NCBI GenBank assembly: GCA_038209745.1
Contig: JBBQXJ010000106.1
Coordinates: 1 to 13,689, forward strand
DNA from: Verrucomicrobiota bacterium
Lineage (GTDB): Bacteria > Verrucomicrobiota > Verrucomicrobiia > Limisphaerales > CANJSG01
Length of the DNA: 13,689 bases
Reading direction: 5' to 3'
Part shown: positions 1-7,351 of the stretch, piece after piece
How the letters are laid out: each line of letters begins with the position of its first letter
Position numbering within the stretch: the first letter of the stretch is position 1
The notes under the pieces: generated by a model
Told to the model about the DNA's origin: nothing
Databases searched by the model: none
What the model saw: only the letters and a program-made list of their open reading frames with translations
Position numbers and translations under genes: made by a program

Positions 1-1260
1 GGCCCACAACAAGGGCGTGGTCTCGACGAAGTTCCCGCTGTTGCCGACCAGGTCCCAGAACTTCGCGAACCGGCGCAGCCGTTGCATGGTCGGGAAATCG
101 AGGTCGCGGTTGCAGAGGATTTCATACGGCGGCGTGGACCCGTAGCGCATCGCGAACGCGGCGTCGTGCCGGATGATGGGGGTGCCGCGCAGCCGCTTTA
201 GGATGCCCACTTGGATCTCCTGCGGCTGCAGCGCCACCAGTCGATCAAACCCTTCGGCGAAGCTTTCCAGCGTCTCTCCCGGCAAGCCGGCGATGAGATC
301 CGCATGGATGTGGACGCCGGTCTCGCCACGCAGGAAGGCGAAGTTGTCGGCCAGCTTCTCGAAGTTGTTTCGCCGGCTGATGTGCTTGGCGACTTCCGGG
401 TTGAAGGTCTGGATGCCGACCTCGAACTGGAGCGAACCCGGCGGAAACTTCGCGATGATCTCCCGGAGCTGTTCCGGCAGGCGATCGGGAACCATCTCGA
501 AGTGGACGAAGAGCCCGGGCGACATCCGTTCGAGGAAGAACTCCAAGATCCGGCGGCTGACCGCGAGGTTCAGGTTGAAGGTCCGATCCACGAACTTGAA
601 CTGCTTCAATCCGCGATCAAGCAGCCGCTGCATCTCGGCGAGAAACGGTTCCAGCGGCGTCGATCGCACCGGGATGTCGAGGGATGAGAGGCAGAATTCG
701 CAGGTGAACGGACAGCCGCGCGACGCCTCCACATAGACCACGCGATGCCTCAAGTCGTCGTCCGAGTAGAGCTCGTAGGGCAGCGCGATCCGGTCGAAGG
801 TCGGGAGCTCGGCGGGGATGATCTTGGGGAGGGACAAGGCCGGGTGCCGGATGCCGGATGCCGGATCAATTGGTTCCAGCAGCGTGCGACAGGCTTCGGC
901 GAACTTCAGGTCCGCTTCGCCGGTGATGACGTGGTCGGCGAGGCGCACGATCTCCTGTTGGTCCACTTCGTAGCTCACCTCCGGGCCGCCGAGAATGACC
1001 GTCACCCCGGGACGAATCCGTTTGAGCGCGGCAACCAGTTCCGTGGTCTCGACGACGTTCCAGATGTAGACGCCGAGGCCGATGATGCGGGGATTCTGCG
1101 CGAGCAGGATCTCGGCGATGTCGAGCGGCCGCTGGTTGATGTCGAATTCCAGGAGGCAGGCCCGCGGCCGCAGGTCGCCGAGATTCGCCAGCAGGTAGCG
1201 CAGGCCGAAGGCGGCGTGGATATACTTCGCGTTGAGGGTGCTGAGGACAATGTCCGGCAT
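1..1260 (-). CDS. B12-binding domain radical SAM protein (3' end beyond window edge)
   Basis: ATG at 1260-1258 reads [30 protein letters not shown], a cobalamin-binding-domain-type N-terminus. It later gives [25 protein letters not shown] (CxxxCxxC, ~665-740) and [18 protein letters not shown]. The frame is open to position 1, so it is absent from the ORF track. Confidence 0.93.
   Translation of the reverse strand, partial: MPDIVLSTLNAKYIHAAFGLRYLLANLGDLRPRACLLEFDINQRPLDIAEILLAQNPRIIGLGVYIWNVVETTELVAALKRIRPGVTVILGGPEVSYEVDQQEIVRLADHVITGEADLKFAEACRTLLEPIDPASGIRHPALSLPKIIPAELPTFDRIALPYELYSDDDLRHRVVYVEASRGCPFTCEFCLSSLDIPVRSTPLEPFLAEMQRLLDRGLKQFKFVDRTFNLNLAVSRRILEFFLERMSPGLFVHFEMVPDRLPEQLREIIAKFPPGSLQFEVGIQTFNPEVAKHISRRNNFEKLADNFAFLRGETGVHIHADLIAGLPGETLESFAEGFDRLVALQPQEIQVGILKRLRGTPIIRHDAAFAMRYGSTPPYEILCNRDLDFPTMQRLRRFAKFWDLVGNSGNFVETTPLLWA
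845..865. repeat. (TGCCGGA)x3 heptamer tandem repeat in radical SAM interdomain linker
   Basis: Three perfect units at 845-865 plus an imperfect GGCCGGG at 838-844. Encodes PASGIRHP on the minus strand; 21 nt preserves the frame. Confidence 0.7.
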
Positions 1261-1339
1261 CGGGCCGACAGTGCTATCAGGTCCGAGGCGGGCCGTCACC
1301 GGGTTCTAGCAGCAGGCGCATCGACCGGAGCAGGCGCTG

Positions 1340-1680
1340 GGGCTTGAGAGGGATCCAACGCCGGGCCCGGCTGGTCCGCGCAGAGCGAGCATCTCCGTCG
1401 AACACCTCGCGATAGCTCTTCAGGATGCGGACGTAGCGTTCGCAGTATTTGTGATCCGCGGGACGACTGCCCTTGGGATGCTCATGGTGAAGAGGCTTGC
1501 CCAGAACCTAGCCGCAGAATTCCTCCCAGCAGGACCGAGTGGAGGTGAGGTGGAGATGCCACGCTTGATCGACCTGGTCCGAGGGCGACGCAACAGGGTC
1601 GGCGGCCATGGCGCGGAAGGCGAACCGATTGGATTCGACCCGTCGGCAGCAAGTTGACCGTCGTCACCCATCCGTCCCGG
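1340..1680 (-). pseudogene. Decayed glycine-rich-domain (GRDP-like/DUF1399) protein gene
   Basis: Manual translation: DG*RRSTCCRRVESNRFAFRAMAADPVASPSDQVDQAWHLHLTSTRSCWEEFCG*VLGKPLHHEHPKG...ERYVRILKSYREVFDGDARSARTSRARRWIPLKP. PSxQVDQAWHLHL and LGKPLHH match the family pattern as I recall it. In-frame stops at 1666-1664 (TGA) and 1510-1508 (TAG). Confidence 0.8.
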
Positions 1681-1693
1681 AAACGTTGGGCCT

Positions 1694-1711
1694 CTGTCAT
1701 TGGCCTGTCAC
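1694..1711 (+). promoter_or_regulatory. Pho box (PhoB/PhoP-type direct repeat)
   Basis: CTGTCAT-TGGC-CTGTCAC: two consensus heptamers at 11-bp spacing just upstream of the AraC-like gene. Confidence 0.75.
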
Positions 1712-1725
1712 AGAAGCGCGTTCAA

Positions 1726-2481
1726 ATGCGCACGATGTTGGCACAAATGGTCGTCGAGGATTTCCGTCTGGCCGAAGGCCTGGAAATGACCGGCGCGGAC
1801 GATGGGTGGATGTGCGCGCAGTTGCGCGAGGGGTTGGCCTATCGGTTGGGAGCGGACACCGCCGAGGATCTGGCACCGGGCGGAGTCGTGCTCCTGTTGC
1901 CGGGCAACCGGGTTGTGTTGCGTGCCAGTCAGCTGCGTCCATGCATCATCCGTCGTTTCGAGATGCGGGTGGAGTCGATGGCTGGAATCCTGACGATCGA
2001 GGAGGAAGCGGCGCTGAGGTGCTTGGAGGAGGCGAAGGCGCGGACGGGCTGGACGTTGTCCCCCGAACATCCGGCCGCTTTGGAGCTTTCATCCGTCTCC
2101 GCAGGATTCGGCCGGTCTCCGGGACAACGCATCCAGCTCCTGGGTTTGGCGCTGGATATCGTGGGACCCCTGCCCAATTTCGAGGACGACTCGGACGCTG
2201 CCTCCTCCCCCACGGCGACGGAACGGTTCCGGAGGCTCATGAGCGAAATTCCCGAGGGCGAACTGATGCAAAGCTCCCCCGACGACTTGGCCCGCCGCTG
2301 CCGCTGCACGGTCCGTCATTTGAACCGGCTCTTCCGCCAAACCTACGGTGTGGCTTTGCGGGCAAAGCTGCGCGATCTGCAGCAGCGGAACGCGGTCCAG
2401 CCTCAAGCCAGGCCGGGACTGCAAGTCGAATCGCGTCCGCTTGCACCGAGCCAAGACCCCGATACAGTCGCGCGAAGATGA
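1726..2481 (+). CDS. AraC-family-like transcriptional regulator with only one HTH
   Basis: SPDDLARRCRCTVRHLNRLFRQTYGVALRAKL is an AraC first HTH, preceded by a cupin-like N-terminal region. No second HTH is visible. Start uncertain (TTG 1654; ATG 1726, 1735 or 1747). Confidence 0.75.
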   Translation: MRTMLAQMVVEDFRLAEGLEMTGADDGWMCAQLREGLAYRLGADTAEDLAPGGVVLLLPGNRVVLRASQLRPCIIRRFEMRVESMAGILTIEEEAALRCLEEAKARTGWTLSPEHPAALELSSVSAGFGRSPGQRIQLLGLALDIVGPLPNFEDDSDAASSPTATERFRRLMSEIPEGELMQSSPDDLARRCRCTVRHLNRLFRQTYGVALRAKLRDLQQRNAVQPQARPGLQVESRPLAPSQDPDTVARR

Positions 2482-2512
2482 CGCTCGAAGTGATTCGGCA
2501 AGCGGAGCGCCG

Positions 2513-2959
2513 GTGAACCCGATTTACGCTGTGCAACTGAACGCAGACATTTGGAACGTCCTACATGACGGCACCCTCCTCGAAATCTCCGGCGACGTTC
2601 CGGGCGACCTCCGGCTCTCGATCGAGATCGACTACCTCCGGGAGCGATTTCCGGAACCGGGCCGGCGAATCGTGCTGACCCTGCTTCGCTGCACGGCCTT
2701 CAGCTATCAGCCCGACGAAATCGACGGACCTTTGATCGACTTTCCCGCGATCTCTGGCGAAAAGCCGCAGATACTCCGAGCCGAGGACTGGACGGACCCC
2801 AACCAAGTCTACTGCGTGTCGGGAACGATTCGGGTCGAGGCTGCGGAGTTCTCAATCGCGCTGGACAGCGGGCGTCCGGTCTCCCTCGAAGAGCTATGCG
2901 CCGCGTCCGAGGCCTACTGGGCCGAGTGGAGGGCAAAGGCACCGGATTCGACGCCGTAA
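2513..2959 (+). CDS. Hypothetical protein (~148 aa, acidic)
   Basis: GTG at 2513 with GGAG at 2504-2507. Globular-looking sequence IWNVLHDGTLLEISGDVPGDLRLSIEIDYLR...ASEAYWAEW. The ORF-track extension to 2348 overlaps the regulator and is unlikely. Confidence 0.7.
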   Translation: MNPIYAVQLNADIWNVLHDGTLLEISGDVPGDLRLSIEIDYLRERFPEPGRRIVLTLLRCTAFSYQPDEIDGPLIDFPAISGEKPQILRAEDWTDPNQVYCVSGTIRVEAAEFSIALDSGRPVSLEELCAASEAYWAEWRAKAPDSTP

Positions 2960-2991
2960 GTGTCGTGTTGGCCGTCTCCGGACCACCGGGA

Positions 2992-3042
2992 GTGTCCCGA
3001 GGTTGTTGCCCGCTTGTTACAGACGCGTCGTTCGGGCGTCAC
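2992..3042 (+). promoter_or_regulatory. Degenerate Pho-box-like array, five units at 11-bp period
   Basis: GTGTCCC (2992), TTGTTGC (3003), TTGTTAC (3014), GCGTCGT (3025), GCGTCAC (3036). All share nnGTYnn in exact phase upstream of the DUF3450 gene. Confidence 0.5.
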
Positions 3043-3064
3043 GTTCGGCCTCCAAGTTCGCTTG

Positions 3065-3835
3065 GTGCGAACAGCAGTCCTATTGCTTTGCCTGGCGGCG
3101 CCGGTCTTCGGTCCGGTCGTGGGCCGGGCAGCCGATGAAACCGCACCCTTGGCGGAGGCCCGGGAGACGGTGGCCCAATGGGTCCAGACCCGCCAGCTGA
3201 TCTCCGGAACCAAGACCGGCTGGGAATCGGACCGCGAGACATTGGAGCAGACCAAGGCTCTGTTCGAACGCGAGCTGGCGCAGGTCCGGGAAAAATTCTC
3301 CAAGGTCTCGACCCACAGCTCCGTGGCCGACCAGGAGCGTGAAACTGCGGAGGCCCGGCTCAAGCGACAAGTCGACGCGCTGGAGGCTGGCGCCGCGTTG
3401 GCCGCTCAGCTGGAGGACAAGGTCCGCTCGGTTCTTCCTCTCTTGCCCGCCCCGCTTTTGGCGACCCTCAAGGCGGTGACCGACCGATTGCCGGCGGATT
3501 CCTCCACTACCAAGGCCGCCGTGACCGAGCGTCTCCAAACCGTCGTGGCGCTGCTCAACGAGGTCGACAAGTTCAACAACGCCGTGACCGTCGCTCCCGA
3601 AAAGCGGGCGAACTCCAAGGGTGAACAGGTCGCGGTGGACACCCTGTATCTCGGCCTGGCCGGAGCGTGGTTCGCCGATTCCACCGGTGAGCTCGCGGGT
3701 TCCGGCACCCCGACGGCGAAGGGTTGGCAGTGGAAGATCCAGCCGGAGATCGGCTCGCAGGTTCGCGACGTCTTGGCCGTTTATCGGAGTCAAAGACCGG
3801 CCGCTTTCGTGGCTCTTCCCGCTTCCGTGCAATGA
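3065..3835 (+). CDS. DUF3450 family periplasmic coiled-coil protein (TtpB-like)
   Basis: Signal peptide VRTAVLLLCLAAPVFGPVVGRA, coiled-coil N-half, and ERLQTVVALLNEVDKFN and VDTLYLGLAGAWF motifs. Its stop overlaps the next ATG (ATGA, 3832-3835). Start uncertain (2960, 3062 or 3065). Confidence 0.85.
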   Translation: MRTAVLLLCLAAPVFGPVVGRAADETAPLAEARETVAQWVQTRQLISGTKTGWESDRETLEQTKALFERELAQVREKFSKVSTHSSVADQERETAEARLKRQVDALEAGAALAAQLEDKVRSVLPLLPAPLLATLKAVTDRLPADSSTTKAAVTERLQTVVALLNEVDKFNNAVTVAPEKRANSKGEQVAVDTLYLGLAGAWFADSTGELAGSGTPTAKGWQWKIQPEIGSQVRDVLAVYRSQRPAAFVALPASVQ

Positions 3836-5331
3836 ACGCTTCGCCGATGAATCCTTCTCGTCCTCCTTCTCGGACACCGTGCTTCGAGAAAGCGAACGCC
3901 GCCGGGAACGAGACGTTCTTGGGCCGGATGGGTCAAGGGGTGTCGAAGGCGGCCGCGATCATCACCTTGTTCTTGATGCCCTTCGCCGCATCCGCCCAAG
4001 AACTCCAGACCCTCGCCGCCGGAGCCAAGTCCGATCTCGCAAGGGCGCTGACCGAGCTGGCCGAGGTGCGCCAGCAGATCGAAACCCAGAAGCTGCCACT
4101 CGCTCGCGAGGTCAACGGTCTTGAGCAGCAGTTGATTGATCAAAAGGCCGCGCTCCTGAAGGCCGAACGGTTCCAAGAAAACCAGCTCGTCGAACTCAAC
4201 GCGCTCAAGAACCAGGTCAAAGCTCGTGGCGAAGAGGTCAAGTATGTGGGCGCGTTGCTGTCCGAGTATTCCCGCGCCTTCCGCACCCGCACCCATGTGG
4301 CGGAGCAGGCCCGGATCAAACCCGTTCTCGACGCCTACGACGCCGCGACCGCTTCGGTCGATTTGAGCGAGGCCGCGCGGATCGTGAAGCAGGGTGAATT
4401 GCTGGAGGCCGCTTTGAACCGCGTGCAGTCGATCGCTGGTGGCGAACTGTTCGAGACCTCGGTGCTTGGTCTCACGGGCAAGATGGAGAAGGGCAAAGTC
4501 GCGTTGATGGGACCGGTGGCCATCTTCGCCAGCAGCGAGACGCCGCTGGTCGGTGTCGTGCAGCTGGAGCTGAACAAAGCGGATCCGAGCGTGTTTCCCC
4601 TACCCGACTCGATGGCCTCCGGGGCGCGCGAGTTGGCCACCACGGGCGAGGGTTCCATCGATCTAGACTCGACCTTGGGCGGCGCGATCAAGGTCGCTTC
4701 GATCCGCGAAAGCTTTTGGGAGCACATCATGAAGGGGGGCGTGGTCATCTATCCGATGATCCTGCTGGCGGTGGCCGCGATCTCGGTTGGCCTCATCAAG
4801 TGGATCCAACTCTCGAAGGTCCGGCTGGCCTCCGGAACGGATCTTCAGGAAGTGCTCGACGAGCTGGAGAAAGGGGACCGCGCGGCCGCCAAGAAGCGCG
4901 CTGCAACGATCTCCGGACCTGCCGGCGAGATGCTCGTCACGGCGGTGGAGCACGTCGACGAGAAGAAGGAATACATCGAGGAAGTGCTCTACGAGAAGAT
5001 GCTGGCGACCAAGCCGCGTCTCGAATCGCTCCTGCCCTTCATCGCCCTGACCGCCGCCGCTGCGCCGCTGCTCGGTCTGCTCGGAACCGTCACCGGCATG
5101 ATCTCGACCTTCAACCTGATCAGCATCTTCGGCACCGGCGATCCGAAGACGATGTCCTCCGGCATCTCGGAGGCGCTGATCACCACGGAGTGCGGTCTCT
5201 ACATCTCGATCCCCGCGCTGATGCTCCACGCCTTCCTGAACCGCAAGGCCAAGGGAGTGCTCGGGAGCATGGAGCAGACGGCGGTCGGATTCATCAACGG
5301 ACTCCCCAGCCGGGAGTTCGAACCGCGCTGA
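3832..5331 (+). CDS. MotA/TolQ/ExbB proton channel protein with large periplasmic N-terminal domain (TtpC-like)
   Basis: Signal peptide ending FAASA-Q, coiled coil, then three TM segments with APLLGLLGTVTGMISTF and SGISEALITTECGLYISIP. Start could alternatively be 3847 or 3928. Confidence 0.93.
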   Translation: MNASPMNPSRPPSRTPCFEKANAAGNETFLGRMGQGVSKAAAIITLFLMPFAASAQELQTLAAGAKSDLARALTELAEVRQQIETQKLPLAREVNGLEQQLIDQKAALLKAERFQENQLVELNALKNQVKARGEEVKYVGALLSEYSRAFRTRTHVAEQARIKPVLDAYDAATASVDLSEAARIVKQGELLEAALNRVQSIAGGELFETSVLGLTGKMEKGKVALMGPVAIFASSETPLVGVVQLELNKADPSVFPLPDSMASGARELATTGEGSIDLDSTLGGAIKVASIRESFWEHIMKGGVVIYPMILLAVAAISVGLIKWIQLSKVRLASGTDLQEVLDELEKGDRAAAKKRAATISGPAGEMLVTAVEHVDEKKEYIEEVLYEKMLATKPRLESLLPFIALTAAAAPLLGLLGTVTGMISTFNLISIFGTGDPKTMSSGISEALITTECGLYISIPALMLHAFLNRKAKGVLGSMEQTAVGFINGLPSREFEPR

Positions 5332-5345
5332 ACGAAGGAACGACC

Positions 5346-5657
5346 ATGAACGCAGCCTTCTTCGAAAAGATCCTCAAATCCTGGACCGACGGCGGCTGGA
5401 CCATGGTCCCCATCGGTCTCGTAGCGCTGGTCATCTACACGACCGGTGCCCATCTGCTTTGCTACCTCTCGGCCCGCGGCCACAAAAAGATCACGGACCG
5501 GCAGATCAACGATTGGATCAAACATCCCGAACGTTCCGAGGGCGAAGTGGGCGACATCATCCGCTACACCCAGGACAACGTCGAAGACCTCGACGCGATC
5601 GCGAACCGTTTCGCGGAGGTCAACGCCGGCAAGGTGCCCGAGGTCGATCGCCGCCTT
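5346..5657 (+). pseudogene. exbB: Second MotA/TolQ/ExbB protein, N-terminal ~104 aa only
   Basis: RBS GAAGGA then MNAAFFEKILKSWTDGGWTMVPIGLVALVIY...KVPEVDRRL. It ends just before the expected APLLGLLGTV helix; the same frame continues as junk to 6233. Confidence 0.8.
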
Positions 5658-6972
5658 CGCTCCCCTTCCCGCCGACCATCCCTTGGCCGAGATCTGGAAC
5701 GATCCCGACTTCGTGAAGCGTCTCTTCGGCAGCTACGGCACCTTGAGCGAGCAGGAGCCGAAGCTGACGGCCGAGGAGCAGGCGTTCTATCGCGACACCG
5801 TGGTTCCGCTGGTCCGCGACGATCCGACCAAGGCGATCAAGGAACTGGAAGCCAGGCTGAAGCCCGGCGGCAGCGCGGCCTTCGACTACACGCTGGGCAA
5901 TCTCTTCTTCCAGACCGACGACCTGACCAACGCGGTGAAGTTCTTCGAGCAGGCCGTGGAGAAGTTTCCCGACTATCGGCGCGCCCAGAAGAACCTCGGA
6001 TTCGCCCTGGTCCGCTCCGGCCAATTCGACGCGGCGGTCAAGCCCCTCAGCAGGACGCTTTCTCTCGGGGGAGCCGACGGCAAGGTCTTCGGATTGCTCG
6101 GCTACGCGCACATGAATCTCGGCCGCCATCTCTCCGCCGAATCCGCCTACCGGCAGGCGTTGCTCTACGAGCCCGACAGCGTCGACTTCAAGCTCGGCGT
6201 GGTGAAGTGCCAGATCGCCTTGTCGGAATATGACGCCGCGCTGGCCATGCTGGATGAGCTCGTCGGCCAGTTCCCCGGTCGCGAAGCGCTCTGGGCGCTC
6301 CAGGCGAACGTCTACATCCAGAAAGAGCAGCCGGCGAAGGCCGCGATGAACTTCGAGATCCTCCGCCGCATGGACAAGGCGACGGCGGCGCAGCTCGGGG
6401 TGCTCGGCGATCTCTACCTCTCACAGGACGCGAAGGATCTCGCGCTCGGCGCCTATCAGGAGGCGTTGGCGAAGGATCCGGCCACCGGACTCAAACGGGC
6501 GTTGCGCGCCGCTGAACTCTTGGTCGGCCGGGGCGCTTTCGACGAGGCGAAGCAGCTCTTCGCCAAGATCCGTTCCGCCGATGGCTCCGAACTCGCCGGA
6601 CCCGAAGGACAGAAGCTGTTGAAACTGGAAGCCAAGGTGGCCCTCGCCTCGGGCGACGCCGACGCGGCCATCGCGACCCTGGAGAAGGTCGTGGAACAGA
6701 ACCCGCTCGACGGCGAAGCCTTGCTCTTGGCCGGCGACTATTACGCCCGCCACGACCAGAAGGAGAAGGCGGCGTTCCGTTACGAGACGGCGGCGAAGAT
6801 CAGCGGGTTCGAGGCCGACGGTTTGTTGAAACAGGCCCAGCTCCAAGTGGAGGGGCGGAAGTATGTCGAAGCCGTCGAACTGCTGCGGAAAGCCCAGAAG
6901 ATCAAACCGCGCGACAACGTCGGGCGCTACCTGGAGAAGGTTGAGCAACTGGCTCGCGGCGGTCGGGCGTAG
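5650..6972 (+). CDS. Tetratricopeptide repeat protein (TtpD-like), 5' end missing
   Basis: Many TPR units (FDYTLGNLFFQ...AVKFFEQAVEKFPDY; AQKNLGFALVRSGQFDAAVKPL; ALLLAGDYYAR). Plausible sequence begins at AAFAPLPADHPL with no intact start or signal peptide. The ORF-track start at 5446 is out-of-frame exbB sequence. Confidence 0.85.
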   Translation, partial: AAFAPLPADHPLAEIWNDPDFVKRLFGSYGTLSEQEPKLTAEEQAFYRDTVVPLVRDDPTKAIKELEARLKPGGSAAFDYTLGNLFFQTDDLTNAVKFFEQAVEKFPDYRRAQKNLGFALVRSGQFDAAVKPLSRTLSLGGADGKVFGLLGYAHMNLGRHLSAESAYRQALLYEPDSVDFKLGVVKCQIALSEYDAALAMLDELVGQFPGREALWALQANVYIQKEQPAKAAMNFEILRRMDKATAAQLGVLGDLYLSQDAKDLALGAYQEALAKDPATGLKRALRAAELLVGRGAFDEAKQLFAKIRSADGSELAGPEGQKLLKLEAKVALASGDADAAIATLEKVVEQNPLDGEALLLAGDYYARHDQKEKAAFRYETAAKISGFEADGLLKQAQLQVEGRKYVEAVELLRKAQKIKPRDNVGRYLEKVEQLARGGRA

Positions 6973-7059
6973 GCGATGGCGGACCCGAACCTGACGGCCA
7001 TGCCTGCTCGCAGCTCAACCTCCCATCCGGGGTCCGTCTCCGATGTGGCATCCTTGGGA

Positions 7060-7351
7060 AACCGCAGAGGGAACCAGATGGATGCAGACAAGGATTTCTC
7101 CGCGCTCCGTCTCGAAACGGCAGCCATTGGGGTGGGGCAGGCTTCGAGTTGCCTTGAAACAACAATGACTGACGCAGCCCCTCACCCCTTCCCGATCGGA
7201 TGGGGAGAGGATGGTCGAAGGTTGGGTGAGGGGGCGTCTCCTTTCCACGGTCGGCGACATGTCTGCTACCCGAGAGCATCCACTCAGACCCTGGAGTCAG
7301 GCGGGAAGCCCGACCTGCTCGATCCGTGTCCATCTGTGTCCCTCTGTGGTT
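7060..7351. repeat. ~290-bp segment bounded by 30-bp imperfect inverted repeats
   Basis: 7060-7089 AACCGCAGAGGGAACCAGATGGATGCAGAC vs reverse complement of 7322-7351 AACCACAGAGGGACACAGATGGACACGGAT: 23/30 identical. Each arm has a 10-nt internal period. Confidence 0.65.
7171..7238. repeat. REP-like palindromic element (CCCCTCACCC...GGGGAGAGG...GGGTGAGGGG)
   Basis: CCCCTCACCC (7178-7187) pairs perfectly with GGGTGAGGGG (7224-7233), extended by GACGC/GCGTC. It resembles a widespread dispersed palindromic repeat. Confidence 0.75.

Noticed and set aside
173..1347. Plus-strand ORFs 173-736, 211-687 and 745-1347
   Set aside because: Antisense shadows of the radical SAM gene.
1420..1700. Short ORFs 1420-1671, 1451-1657 and 1482-1700
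   Set aside because: Wrong frames over the pseudogene remnant.
3866..3948. Weak GACACC...GGTGTC inverted repeat in the TtpC-like N-terminal extension
   Set aside because: Match too short to distinguish from chance.
5649..5670. Programmed +1 frameshift fusing ExbB to TPR
   Set aside because: The fusion would lack the channel helices, misplace the TPR topologically and not explain the absence of exbD and tonB. Deletion is simpler.
4716..6233. 505-aa ORF
   Set aside because: Chimeric frame. Only 5346-5657 is real exbB sequence; the flanks are out-of-frame reads of neighbouring genes.
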